A DNA stretch of 64,000 nucleotides, from the NCBI GenBank assembly GCA_963747235.1, contig CAVVEU010000005.1:32001-96000 (forward strand), written 5' to 3'. The stretch is from an uncultured Candidatus Rokubacteria bacterium. GTDB lineage: Bacteria; Methylomirabilota; Methylomirabilia; Rokubacteriales; CSP1-6. The notes below the pieces were generated by a model. That model had not been told where the DNA came from and ran no database searches. It saw only the letters and a list, made by a program, of their open reading frames with translations. Positions 31,334 through 39,961 of this stretch are shown piece after piece (the first letter of the stretch is position 1; each line of letters begins with the position of its first letter). Position numbers and translations under genes: made by a program.

Positions 31334-31723
31334 TCAGCCCCTCCGCCGGGGCGCGGCCACCACGTCCTTGACGTAGCGGAGGTGGGCCATGAGCGGCGCC
31401 AGGTCGCCCTCGATCCGGGCCACCCCGAGCTTCTTCATCGCGAAGAGGTCGTGGTATCCGGGCGCGGGCATGGGCTCCCAGAAGCGCTGCCAGGTCTCGG
31501 CGGAGGCGCGCAGCGCGAAGGTCCAGGAGCGCATCAGGAAGGGCCCGCGCTCGACCGCGGCCAGACGGCCTTCCACCACCCGCACCAGGAACTCGACGTC
31601 GCCGGCCTCGACCAGGAAGGTGGCGGTGAGATAGCGCCCCCTCCGGACCAGCCCCGCATCGTTATTGACCAGATCCGGGAGAGATAGGATGCTCGCATGG
31701 GTCTCGGCCGCGGCAACGCTCAT
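31334..31723 (-). CDS. Small SCP2 (sterol carrier)-like protein, directly adjacent to the hydrolase
   Basis: C-terminal 129 aa of ORF 31334..32416: VNNDAGLVRRGRYL..FLVRVVEGR..W.FAL.A..E.W..F..RIEGDL..LMAHLRY. Confidence 0.65.
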   Translation of the reverse strand: MSVAAAETHASILSLPDLVNNDAGLVRRGRYLTATFLVEAGDVEFLVRVVEGRLAAVERGPFLMRSWTFALRASAETWQRFWEPMPAPGYHDLFAMKKLGVARIEGDLAPLMAHLRYVKDVVAAPRRRG

Positions 31724-31732
31724 CGCCGGGAC

Positions 31733-31740
31733 AGTATAAT
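31733..31740. promoter_or_regulatory. Overlapping divergent -10 elements
   Basis: AGTATAAT gives TATAAT on + (toward metE-like copy 2) and TATACT on - (9 nt before ATG 31723). Confidence 0.55.
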
Positions 31741-31771
31741 CGCTCTCATCCCTAGTAAGGAGGACACGCTG

Positions 31772-32806
31772 ATGGCCGCTCTTCCGCTGATCCCATCCAC
31801 CGTCGTCGGCTCGCACGGCAAGGCCGGCTGGTGGTTCACCGCCGTGAAGGCCTACGAGGCCGGAGACATGGGGCCCGGCGACCTCGAGGAGATGTTCGAC
31901 GACGCCGCCGACACCGCGATCCGCGACATGGAGCGGGCCGGCCTCGACATCATCACCGACGGGGAGGTGCGCCGCCTCGACGGCTACGTGGATTCCTACT
32001 ACGCGGTCATCAAGGGCATCGAGCCGCTGCCGGTGCGCCGCAAGGCCGGGCCGTGGGGCTACGACCAGCAGACGCGCTACGAGGCCACCGGGCGCATCGA
32101 GGCGCCCGCGGGCGGCCTCGGCATCATCAAGGAGTTCGCGTACCTCAAGGCCCACACCAGCCGGGCCGTCAAGGCCACCTGCGCGGGGCCGCTCACCTTC
32201 GGCTCCCGCATCCATCCCGGCAAGCTGTACAAGGGCGTGGTGGACGTGGCCGAGCGCTTCGCCGAGGTGATCAACGCCGAGCTCCGGGGCCTGGTGGACG
32301 CGGGCGCCGACTATATTCAAATCGATGAGCCGGCGCGCGGCAATGTGAGCGGCGAGGAGATGGCGCGTCTCTTCAACCTGGCCACCGAGGGCGTGAAGGC
32401 CAAGCTCGGCTTCCACATCTGCTTCGGCAACCGCTTCGGCCGCTCACGGTTCGATCGCTCCTACCGGCCATATTTTCCGGGCGTGCTGAAGGCCCGGGCG
32501 GACCAGCTCGTGCTGGAGTTCGCGGGCCGGGAGCTCTCGGAGCTCGACCTCTGGAAGGAGTACGGCCAGGATCGCGAGCTGGGGGCCGGGGTCATCGACG
32601 TGAAGGGCTTCAATACCGACAGCCCGGAGGACGTGGCCGCGCGCATCCGGCGGGTGCTCACGGTCTGCCGCCCCGAGAAGCTCTACGTCAATCCCGACTG
32701 CGGCTTCGGCTGGTCTCCCCGCTACATGTGCAATCAGAAGGTGCGCGCGCTCGCGGCCGGCGCGGTACTGGCCCGCCAGCAGCTCACCGGCGCGCGCGGG
32801 GGGTAA
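31772..32806 (+). CDS. Catalytic-domain-only MetE-like Zn enzyme, copy 2
   Basis: STVVGSH, DMERAGLDIITDGEVRR, IQIDEP, Zn ligands HIC, LEF and PDCG; AAGGAGG RBS. Confidence 0.88.
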   Translation: MAALPLIPSTVVGSHGKAGWWFTAVKAYEAGDMGPGDLEEMFDDAADTAIRDMERAGLDIITDGEVRRLDGYVDSYYAVIKGIEPLPVRRKAGPWGYDQQTRYEATGRIEAPAGGLGIIKEFAYLKAHTSRAVKATCAGPLTFGSRIHPGKLYKGVVDVAERFAEVINAELRGLVDAGADYIQIDEPARGNVSGEEMARLFNLATEGVKAKLGFHICFGNRFGRSRFDRSYRPYFPGVLKARADQLVLEFAGRELSELDLWKEYGQDRELGAGVIDVKGFNTDSPEDVAARIRRVLTVCRPEKLYVNPDCGFGWSPRYMCNQKVRALAAGAVLARQQLTGARGG

Positions 32807-32929
32807 GCACGAAATGCATTCACGGCTCGTCCTTCCGCCTGCCGTTTCTTGCGAGTGTCAGCGATCTCACGTCGGCCTGGTGACACCCTCCGCCTAGCAG
32901 ATTCAGTCGGTTACCTCGAAGTGTCCGCG

Positions 32930-32945
32930 TGGCACTCGCTTTGCT
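32930..32945 (+). promoter_or_regulatory. Sigma54 -24/-12 promoter
   Basis: TGGCAC-TCGCT-TTGCT, near-consensus, about 65 nt upstream of the FecR-domain gene. Confidence 0.7.
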
Positions 32946-33008
32946 CCCCCAGACCGTCACTGGCTCGACGCACCTACCCCGCGCCGGTGAGAGGGAGCGA
33001 GATCGATC

Positions 33009-34290
33009 ATGCCCGGAACGAAAGTCATCGCGATGGCGGCCGCCCTGTTGTGCGCGGGCCTGCCGGCCGTCGCCACCGCCCAGACCGAGGAAAGTGCCGG
33101 CGTCGTCACCACCGTCAACGGTGACGCCACCCTGATCCGCGCGGTGGCCGCCGCGCGGCCCGTCTCGCTGCAGATGCGCGACGAGATCTTCGTGCGCGAC
33201 CGCATCCATACCCAGCCGCACTCCCTGGTGCGCGTGCTCCTGGGTGGCAAGGCCCTCATCACGGTGCGCGAGCTGTCGGTCCTCACCGTGACCGAGGACG
33301 ATGGCCGAGTCACGGTGGATCTTCAGTCCGGGAAGATCGGGGTGGCGGTGGTCAAGGGCCGCATGCGCCCAGGTGAGGTGATCGAGATCCGCTCGCCGAA
33401 CGCGACCGCCGCCGTGCGGGGCACCGTCTTCGTGGTCGAGGTGGATCCGATCAAGGCCGGCGAGGCGATCACCACGACCCGCGTCCATCTCTTCCACGGC
33501 GCGCTCGACGTGAGCGCGCACCTCGATCCCTCGAAGCCGACGGTCCGCCTCGCGGAGCTGCAGAGCGTGGTGGTGGCGGGCAATGCGCTGGGGTCGGTAC
33601 GCCCGATCTCCCGTGACGCGGTCGCCACGCTGACCGCGGATCTGAAGCCGAAGCAGATGCAGACCAAGGACGCTCCCGACGAGTTCAAGAGTCCCCTCAT
33701 GGCGCGCGAGCAGGGCCGTGCGGTCCAGCTCGCCACCGCGCTGCTCCCGCCCCTGCCCGGCGGGCCACCCCTCCCGGGCGGGCTCAAGACCGTGAAGGGC
33801 ACCGTGGCGGGCGTGACCGGTGTCGCGACGAACCTGACCGACGCCACGGCCGAGACGCTCGATCGCCTGATGGACACGCTCGGCCTCGGCGACACGCTGG
33901 TGGGCGGGCTGGTCGAGGGCGTCGGGGACACGCTGCAGGGCACCGTGGGCGCGCTCGGCAACACGCTGACGAACACGGTGGGTGGAGTCGGCAACACCCT
34001 GACGAACACGGTCGGCGGGCTCGGCGGCAGCGTCGGCGGGCTCGGCGGCACCGTCAGCGGTCTCGGCGGTACGGCCGGTGGGAGCCTTGGCGGTACAGGC
34101 GGTGGCAGCCTCGGTGGCACGGTCGGCAGCCTGGGTGGCACCACCGGCAGCCTCGGTGGGGACCGTCGGTAGCCTCGGCGGTACGGTCGGCGGAACCGTT
34201 GGTGCCGTCGGCGGGACCGTGGGCAGCGTCGGCGGGACCGTGGGCGGGGTGGTGGGCGGACTGGGCGGATTGCTCGGCGGCGGCCGCTAA
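33009..34290 (+). CDS. Secreted FecR-domain protein with Gly/Thr/Val/Leu-rich repetitive C-terminus; frameshift near 34160
   Basis: Signal peptide (AVATA-Q), AGVVTTVNGDA, DRIHT, IRSPNATAAVRGTVF FecR signature; tail of GGTVGSL-like heptads ending GGLLGGGR*. Confidence 0.8.
33890..34285 (+). repeat. Intragenic tandem repeats encoding GNTLTNTVGG / GGTVGSL units
   Basis: GGCAACACGCTGACGAACACGGTG.. repeated; many GGCAGCCTCGGTGGCACGGTC-like 21-nt units. Confidence 0.8.
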
Positions 34291-34305
34291 AAGGACCCCG
34301 AGACC

Positions 34306-36918
34306 ATGACCGACCGTCGCGACCCTGCGCGTGAACGTGGCATTGTCTGGTACCCCGCGGACTTCTCCCGCGGGGGACTGGTGGCGGGCCTGCCCGATGA
34401 TCTCGAGCCGCGATTGCTCGAGCCCGGGCAGCCCGCCACCTTCTCACCCGACGAGGCCGGCGTGCTGCTCCTCGACGGCCCGGTGGACGATCTCGACGCG
34501 AGCCTGCTCGAAGCGGCGCGGCACGCCCTCGTGCCCGCGGTCGTGCTCTCGGAATCCCCGGAAGCGGCCCCGATGGCCCGGGGCTTCGTCACGCTCACGC
34601 TCCCGGTGGGCCCCGCCACGCTGGCGAGCGTGCTGCGCGCGGCGTGCGACCAGGCCCGCGTCACGCGCGAGGCGAAGGAGAGCACACGGCAGCTCGAGGA
34701 GTTGAACGCCATCGGCGTCCGCCTCTCGGGCGAGCGCGACACCAAGCTCCTGCTCGAGCTGATCTTGACCAAGGCGCGTAGCATCACCCGGAGCGACGCG
34801 GGCTCCATCTACCTGGTCGAGACCGCGACCGACGGCACGCGCCGGCTGCGCTTCGAGCTGGCCCAGAACGACAGCGTGCCGGTCGAGTTCAACGCGGTCG
34901 CGCTGCCGCTCAGCCGGGAGAGCCTGGCCGGCCACGTGGCGCTCACCGGCGAGATCCTCGACGTGGCCGACGCCTACGCGCTGCCCGCGGACTGCCCGTA
35001 TCGCTTCAACCCGGACGTGGACGCCCTCGCCGGCTATCGCACCAAGTCCCTGCTCGTCCTGCCGATGCAGACGCCGGAGGGCGAGATCATCGGCGTGCTC
35101 GCCCTCATCAACTGCAAGCGCGAGAGCGGACGGCCCTTCGCCACGACGGCGGTCATCGAGCGCGAGGCGCTCCCCTACTCCACCGCCTTCCGCAACCTCG
35201 CCGCGTCGCTCGCTTCCCAGGCCGCGGTGGCCCTGGCCAACAGCAATCTCTTCCGCGAGCTGACCCGCCGGCAGGCGCGCCTGGAAGCCCTCGTGGACGT
35301 GAGTCAGCGCGCGACGCGCCTCTGGCCGCCCGCGACGGTGCAGCGGCGCATCGCTGATCTCTACGTCGGGCTCCTCCACGCGGACGCGATGGCCTTCCAC
35401 CTGGTGGATGAGTCCCATCTCGTTCGCGTGGAAGTGCGCGGCGAAGGCGTGGATCTGCTCCTCCCCGAGAAGGTCGCGATGGGCATGGGGCCGATCGGGC
35501 GGGTTGCCGCGACCGGCGAGCCGCTCGCCATCATGGACCTGGCCGCCCGCGGGTGGCTCGATCCCGAGGCCCGCGAGAGCGCCGCGCGTCTCGGCATGCG
35601 GGCGGGCCTCGCCGTTCCGGTGCGCGCCGGCGATCGGCTGGTGGGCGTGCTCACGGCATTGACCAGCCAGGTCGCCGCGTTCTCCGACGACGACGTGGCG
35701 GTGGCCAGCACCTTCGCGGCGCAGGCCGGCATCGCGGTCGAGAACTCGCGCCTCTACGCGGAGCTCGAGCGCGCGCTGGAGGGCGTGCAGAAGTCCCAGG
35801 ACCAGCTCGTGCAGGTGGAGCGGCTCCGGGCCCTCGGCGAGATGGCCGCGGGCGTGGCCCACGACTTCAACAATCTCCTGGCCGTCGTCATGCTGCGGAC
35901 CGAGCTACTGCTGGCCAGAGGGCAGGCCCCCGCGGTCGCGGAGAGCCTGACCATGATCCGCCAGGCCGCGCAGGACGGCGCGCAGACGGTGCGGCGCATC
36001 CAGGAGTTCACCCGCACGCGCAGCACGCGGCCCTTCGGCCAGGTGGACATGCACCAGGTGCTGCACGAGGTCGTGGAGCTGGCCCGGCCCCGGTGGCGCG
36101 ATCAGGCGCAGAGCCGCGGCGTCACCTACGACGTGCGCGTCAAGGGTGGGAAGGTCCCGCTCGTGGCGGGCACCGCGGAGGAGCTGCGCGAGGCCCTGCT
36201 CAACCTGCTGAACAATGCCCTCGAGGCGATGCCCGCCGGCGGCACGTTCACGTTCAGCGCGGCCGCCGAGGGCGACCGGGTGGTGATCCGCGCGGCCGAC
36301 GGGGGCTGCGGCATGTCCGAGGAGACCCGGCGGCGCGTTTTCGAGCCCTTCTTCACGACCAAGGGCGCCCAGGGCAATGGCCTCGGCCTGGCGGTGGTCT
36401 GGGGCATCATGGCCCGGCACGGCGGCGAGATCGCGGTGGACAGCGTCCTGGGCCAGGGCACCACGTTCACGATCCGCCTGCCCGTGCCGGCGGTGCTGCC
36501 GATGGACCAGGGGACCGAGGGCGCCCTGGGGCTGCCCGAGGGGCTACGGGTCCTCGTGGTGGAGGACAACCAGGAGATCCTCCGCTCGCTCGGGGACGTG
36601 CTCCGCGACCATGGCTGCGAGGTGGTGGAGGCCCCGAACGGTGCCACCGCCCTGGCGCGGCTCGAGACCGGGGCCGTGGACCTGGTCCTGACTGATCTCG
36701 CCATGCCCGGGGTGTCCGGCTGGGAGGTCGCCTCGGCCTGCCGGGAGCGCTATCCCGAGATGCCGGTCGGGCTGATCACCGGCTTCGGGGACCAGCTCGA
36801 GCCGGAAAAGCTCGAGCGCCACGGCATCCAGTTCGTGGTCGCCAAGCCCTTCTCGTCCGACGAGCTGCTCCAGGTGGTCGCCACCGCGCTGAAGGGGTCA
36901 CGGCGCGCCCGCGGCTAG
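34306..36918 (+). CDS. Cytoplasmic hybrid histidine kinase: GAF-GAF-HisKA-HATPase-REC
   Basis: DAGSIYLV / YRTKSLLVLPM GAF, second GAF (FAAQAGIAVENSRLY), AAGVAHDFNNLL, FEPFFTTK..GNGLGL, LTDLAMP. Confidence 0.9.
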   Translation: MTDRRDPARERGIVWYPADFSRGGLVAGLPDDLEPRLLEPGQPATFSPDEAGVLLLDGPVDDLDASLLEAARHALVPAVVLSESPEAAPMARGFVTLTLPVGPATLASVLRAACDQARVTREAKESTRQLEELNAIGVRLSGERDTKLLLELILTKARSITRSDAGSIYLVETATDGTRRLRFELAQNDSVPVEFNAVALPLSRESLAGHVALTGEILDVADAYALPADCPYRFNPDVDALAGYRTKSLLVLPMQTPEGEIIGVLALINCKRESGRPFATTAVIEREALPYSTAFRNLAASLASQAAVALANSNLFRELTRRQARLEALVDVSQRATRLWPPATVQRRIADLYVGLLHADAMAFHLVDESHLVRVEVRGEGVDLLLPEKVAMGMGPIGRVAATGEPLAIMDLAARGWLDPEARESAARLGMRAGLAVPVRAGDRLVGVLTALTSQVAAFSDDDVAVASTFAAQAGIAVENSRLYAELERALEGVQKSQDQLVQVERLRALGEMAAGVAHDFNNLLAVVMLRTELLLARGQAPAVAESLTMIRQAAQDGAQTVRRIQEFTRTRSTRPFGQVDMHQVLHEVVELARPRWRDQAQSRGVTYDVRVKGGKVPLVAGTAEELREALLNLLNNALEAMPAGGTFTFSAAAEGDRVVIRAADGGCGMSEETRRRVFEPFFTTKGAQGNGLGLAVVWGIMARHGGEIAVDSVLGQGTTFTIRLPVPAVLPMDQGTEGALGLPEGLRVLVVEDNQEILRSLGDVLRDHGCEVVEAPNGATALARLETGAVDLVLTDLAMPGVSGWEVASACRERYPEMPVGLITGFGDQLEPEKLERHGIQFVVAKPFSSDELLQVVATALKGSRRARG

Positions 36919-36922
36919 CTCC

Positions 36923-37534
36923 CTATCGCGTGGCCTTCCGGCGCTCGTAGTGGCGCCGGCCCTTGGCCCGGTTTCCGCAGCTCGCCATGTCACACCAGCG
37001 CCGGCTGCGGTTCTTGGTCCCGTCCATGAAGAGCCGCCCGCAGTCGTAACCGGCGCACTCACGGACGCCTGTCAGAGCTCTCGAGGTGAGGAGCTCGGAG
37101 GCTTCGCGCGCCACCCACCACGCCACCCGATCCACGCCGAGCGGCGCGTCGGGCCAGCTCCACTCGAATCCGCCCCCGGCGGCGGGGCTCAGGCCGGCCC
37201 TGGTCATCGCCTTGCCAATAGCCTTGTTGATGGTGCGAAGGTCGGACGCCGGAGCGGGCAGACCCGCGGCCCGTGCGGAGAAGACCCCGTAGAGCGCCTC
37301 CCGCAGCGTGAGGGCCTGCGCCAGCGCGTCCGCCGCCGAGCGGGGCTGCTGGCGTGCGGTCTCGCCCAGCGTGGCCGCCTCGCCGGGGGTCAGGATCGTC
37401 GCCTGGCGGGCCCAGGACAGCAGGTCTTCATAGCCGCCGATCAGGTCGACCTTCTCGCTGAGTGGGCGGGACCGGACCGTGTTGGTGAAATCGAGGCAGA
37501 GGCGGCCGGCGTTGAGCTCGAACGCGTATTCCAT
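36923..37534 (-). CDS. ABATE domain / CGNR zinc-finger protein (putative regulator)
   Basis: CLDFTNTV, REC..DCGRLF.D.TKNRSRRWCDMASCGNRAK. Confidence 0.92.
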   Translation of the reverse strand: MEYAFELNAGRLCLDFTNTVRSRPLSEKVDLIGGYEDLLSWARQATILTPGEAATLGETARQQPRSAADALAQALTLREALYGVFSARAAGLPAPASDLRTINKAIGKAMTRAGLSPAAGGGFEWSWPDAPLGVDRVAWWVAREASELLTSRALTGVRECAGYDCGRLFMDGTKNRSRRWCDMASCGNRAKGRRHYERRKATR

Positions 37535-37541
37535 CGCGTCC

Positions 37542-37580
37542 AACTATATAACCTTCTAACGGTTTTTTGAAAGGTCTACC
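37542..37580. promoter_or_regulatory. AT-rich -10 element plus imperfect inverted repeat (putative operator) upstream of the CGNR gene
   Basis: Minus-strand TATAGT 8 nt before ATG 37534; ACCTTCTAA..TTGAAAGGT imperfect dyad. Confidence 0.45.
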
Positions 37581-39873
37581 GACGCCGCTTCTGGTAGGCC
37601 AGGCTCACCAGGAGCAGGACCACGCCCAGGACCAGGAACGAGAGGATCCGGTAGGCGGTCCGGACTGCGCCCAGGTCCACGGCGAACACCTTGAAGACGG
37701 TCAAGCCAAACAGGGCGAGGGCTGCGTACCGGACGGCCGGGTTCGCGCGCAAGAAGCCCCAGGCCAGGGCGGCGGCCGCGTAGAGCGTCCAGAGCAGGGA
37801 GAGCCCCACCTGGGTCCGCCACCGCAGCTCGCCGACGAGATGGTTCCGGCCGGCCGTACGCGCGGCCGCCACCCCCATCTCCTGGTAGCGCGTCCAGTTC
37901 ACGCTCAGCACGAAGAGCAGGGCCAGGCCTGCCGCCCCCGAGAGCGCCCGGCCGACGGCGGCGGCCCAAGGGAGAGCCGTGGATCGGGCCAGGGCCCCGC
38001 CGGCCAGGCCGATGGCCATGCAGGCCGCCACCCGGACCAGCAGCGGGAGATTCACCAGAGTGCCGGCGGCTTGCCGGGCCATGTCGTCGTCCACCCCGAG
38101 CACCCGAACGAGGACCACGCCGGCCAGTAGGGGGGTGGCGACGACGAAGGCGGGCGACGAGGACACACGCGCCAGGAGACCGACCACGACGAGCTCGCCG
38201 ATCAGCAGTACCGCCGGCCAGTGCCCGGACGGCTCCCGCCAGAGCTGGACGGCCAGCGTCCCCACGGCGGCCACCCAGAGTGCGGCCCGCAGGCTCACGG
38301 GTGTCCACCCGGCCCGGACCAGGCCCAGGGCCCGCCCACCCAGCCCGCCCCCGACAGCCAGGGCGATCACGACCAGGAGATGAACCAGGAAGGCCCGGTT
38401 CCAGACCGGCCTGATGTCGGCCGCCCAGTAGGCGTCGAGCCCGACCGCACGGAGCGCCGCCAGCAGCAGGACCGCCAGCCCGCCCCAGGCCGCCACCGGC
38501 GCCGGGGATCGCGAGGCAAGCCACAGCAGCATCACGCCCTGGACCGCCCAGGCGAGCGTGACCCACTGGCCATCCAGCGCCAGGGGCATGGTGATGGTGA
38601 GGAAGGTCCAGGACACGCCCTCGTGCAGGTCCACGGTGACGCGGTCGTCGGGGACCCGGGAGGCGTAGTCGGCCGCCACCAGGCGGTAGAGCACGGCCAG
38701 GCCGAGCGCATAGGGCCCCTCCCACGAGGGGCGCCACGCCTCGAGCGTGACGTAGACCGCCCAGAAGTAGGCCGCCGCGTTGGCGACCACCAGGACCAGA
38801 TCGATCCGGTCGGCCCGGCGGTCTGTCCCTGCTCCTGCAGGAACCGCGTGGTCGCGGAAGAGCGGCACCACGAGGAAGATCAGGAACAGGGCCGAGAGCA
38901 GCACCAGGCGCGCGAGCGGGCGCGGGGCCTCCGGCTCGCGAAGCAGCGTCGGCAGCACGAGCAGCGCGCTGCCGACCCACGCGAGCCGGTTGAGCGATGG
39001 CCAGGTGCGGTAGCGCGCCGCGAGCAGCACGAGCGCGTCGAGCACGAGCAGGTACGCGAGGAGGTTGCGCTCGTCGGGCCGCTCCACCTGCAGCAGCACG
39101 GGCGTGAGGAGACCGCCCAGCACCGTGAGCACCGCGGTGATCAGCCGGCTGCTCGCGACCGCGACCGCGGTGCCCAGGAGCGTGACCGCGAACAGCGCGA
39201 CGAACGCGGGGGTCGCTCCCACGAGGCCGTAGAAGGCGTGGGCGGCGAAGAGCGAGAGGTACAGCACGCCCAGGCCGCCGCCGGCCAGCCCTTCGCTGAG
39301 ATACGGGACGTCGCGCCGGCGATGCAGGAGCAGGCCGCCGCCCAGCATGACGAGGCCCGCGACGAGGCCGAGAGCCACGCGCGCGGCGGGCCCGAGGAAG
39401 GCGGTGTCGAAGGCCCACTTCAGGAAGAGCGCGACCCCGACCAGGATGGCAACGATGCCGACCCAGGTGGCCCAGCGCGCGCCGATGCGCTGCTCGAGGT
39501 CGAGCCCGCGGTGCGGCGCCGGCATGGGCGGCGCCGGGCTCGGTGCCGCCAGGGGCGGCGTGTCGAGGACCGACCCCTCCGCGAGCGGAGCGAGCTCCAC
39601 CGGCGCCAGCCCGGCCGGTGACGGCACCGGCACGGGCTCGACGCCCGGCGTGACGTCCGGCGCGGCCGGGCTCTCGCGCGGCGTGCCGGCGCCCGGCCCG
39701 CCCTCGAGCTTCCACACGCGATAGACGAGCCCGCGCAGGCGCTCCTCGAGCGCGGCCACGCGCTCGTCCGCGTCGGCGGGCCGTCGCGCGCGCGCCGCGC
39801 TCAGGGCGACGAGGGCCATGACGATCGCGACCACGGACAGGATCAGACCGACGGCAATTCCCGCGGCAAGCAT
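37576..39873 (-). CDS. DUF2339-family multi-pass membrane protein
   Basis: LEQRIGARW..VGI..L.GV..F, GGLLTPVLL, C-terminal KVFAVDL....YRILSFLVLG..LL.VS..YQK. Confidence 0.85.
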   Translation of the reverse strand: MLAAGIAVGLILSVVAIVMALVALSAARARRPADADERVAALEERLRGLVYRVWKLEGGPGAGTPRESPAAPDVTPGVEPVPVPSPAGLAPVELAPLAEGSVLDTPPLAAPSPAPPMPAPHRGLDLEQRIGARWATWVGIVAILVGVALFLKWAFDTAFLGPAARVALGLVAGLVMLGGGLLLHRRRDVPYLSEGLAGGGLGVLYLSLFAAHAFYGLVGATPAFVALFAVTLLGTAVAVASSRLITAVLTVLGGLLTPVLLQVERPDERNLLAYLLVLDALVLLAARYRTWPSLNRLAWVGSALLVLPTLLREPEAPRPLARLVLLSALFLIFLVVPLFRDHAVPAGAGTDRRADRIDLVLVVANAAAYFWAVYVTLEAWRPSWEGPYALGLAVLYRLVAADYASRVPDDRVTVDLHEGVSWTFLTITMPLALDGQWVTLAWAVQGVMLLWLASRSPAPVAAWGGLAVLLLAALRAVGLDAYWAADIRPVWNRAFLVHLLVVIALAVGGGLGGRALGLVRAGWTPVSLRAALWVAAVGTLAVQLWREPSGHWPAVLLIGELVVVGLLARVSSSPAFVVATPLLAGVVLVRVLGVDDDMARQAAGTLVNLPLLVRVAACMAIGLAGGALARSTALPWAAAVGRALSGAAGLALLFVLSVNWTRYQEMGVAAARTAGRNHLVGELRWRTQVGLSLLWTLYAAAALAWGFLRANPAVRYAALALFGLTVFKVFAVDLGAVRTAYRILSFLVLGVVLLLVSLAYQKRRR

Positions 39874-39961
39874 GATCTGGCGCGAGCCTACACCACCGCG
39901 TTCCCGGTCCGGTTGGATTTGTGCCGTCCCGCGCCGCGACGGATAGGCGATACTAGGCCCC

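Noticed and set aside
33890-34290. CRISPR-like or non-coding repeat array (also considered for 56196-56630 and 63570-63740)
   Set aside because: The repeats are in-frame, vary at third codon positions and have no unique spacers or cas genes, so they are protein-coding repeats.
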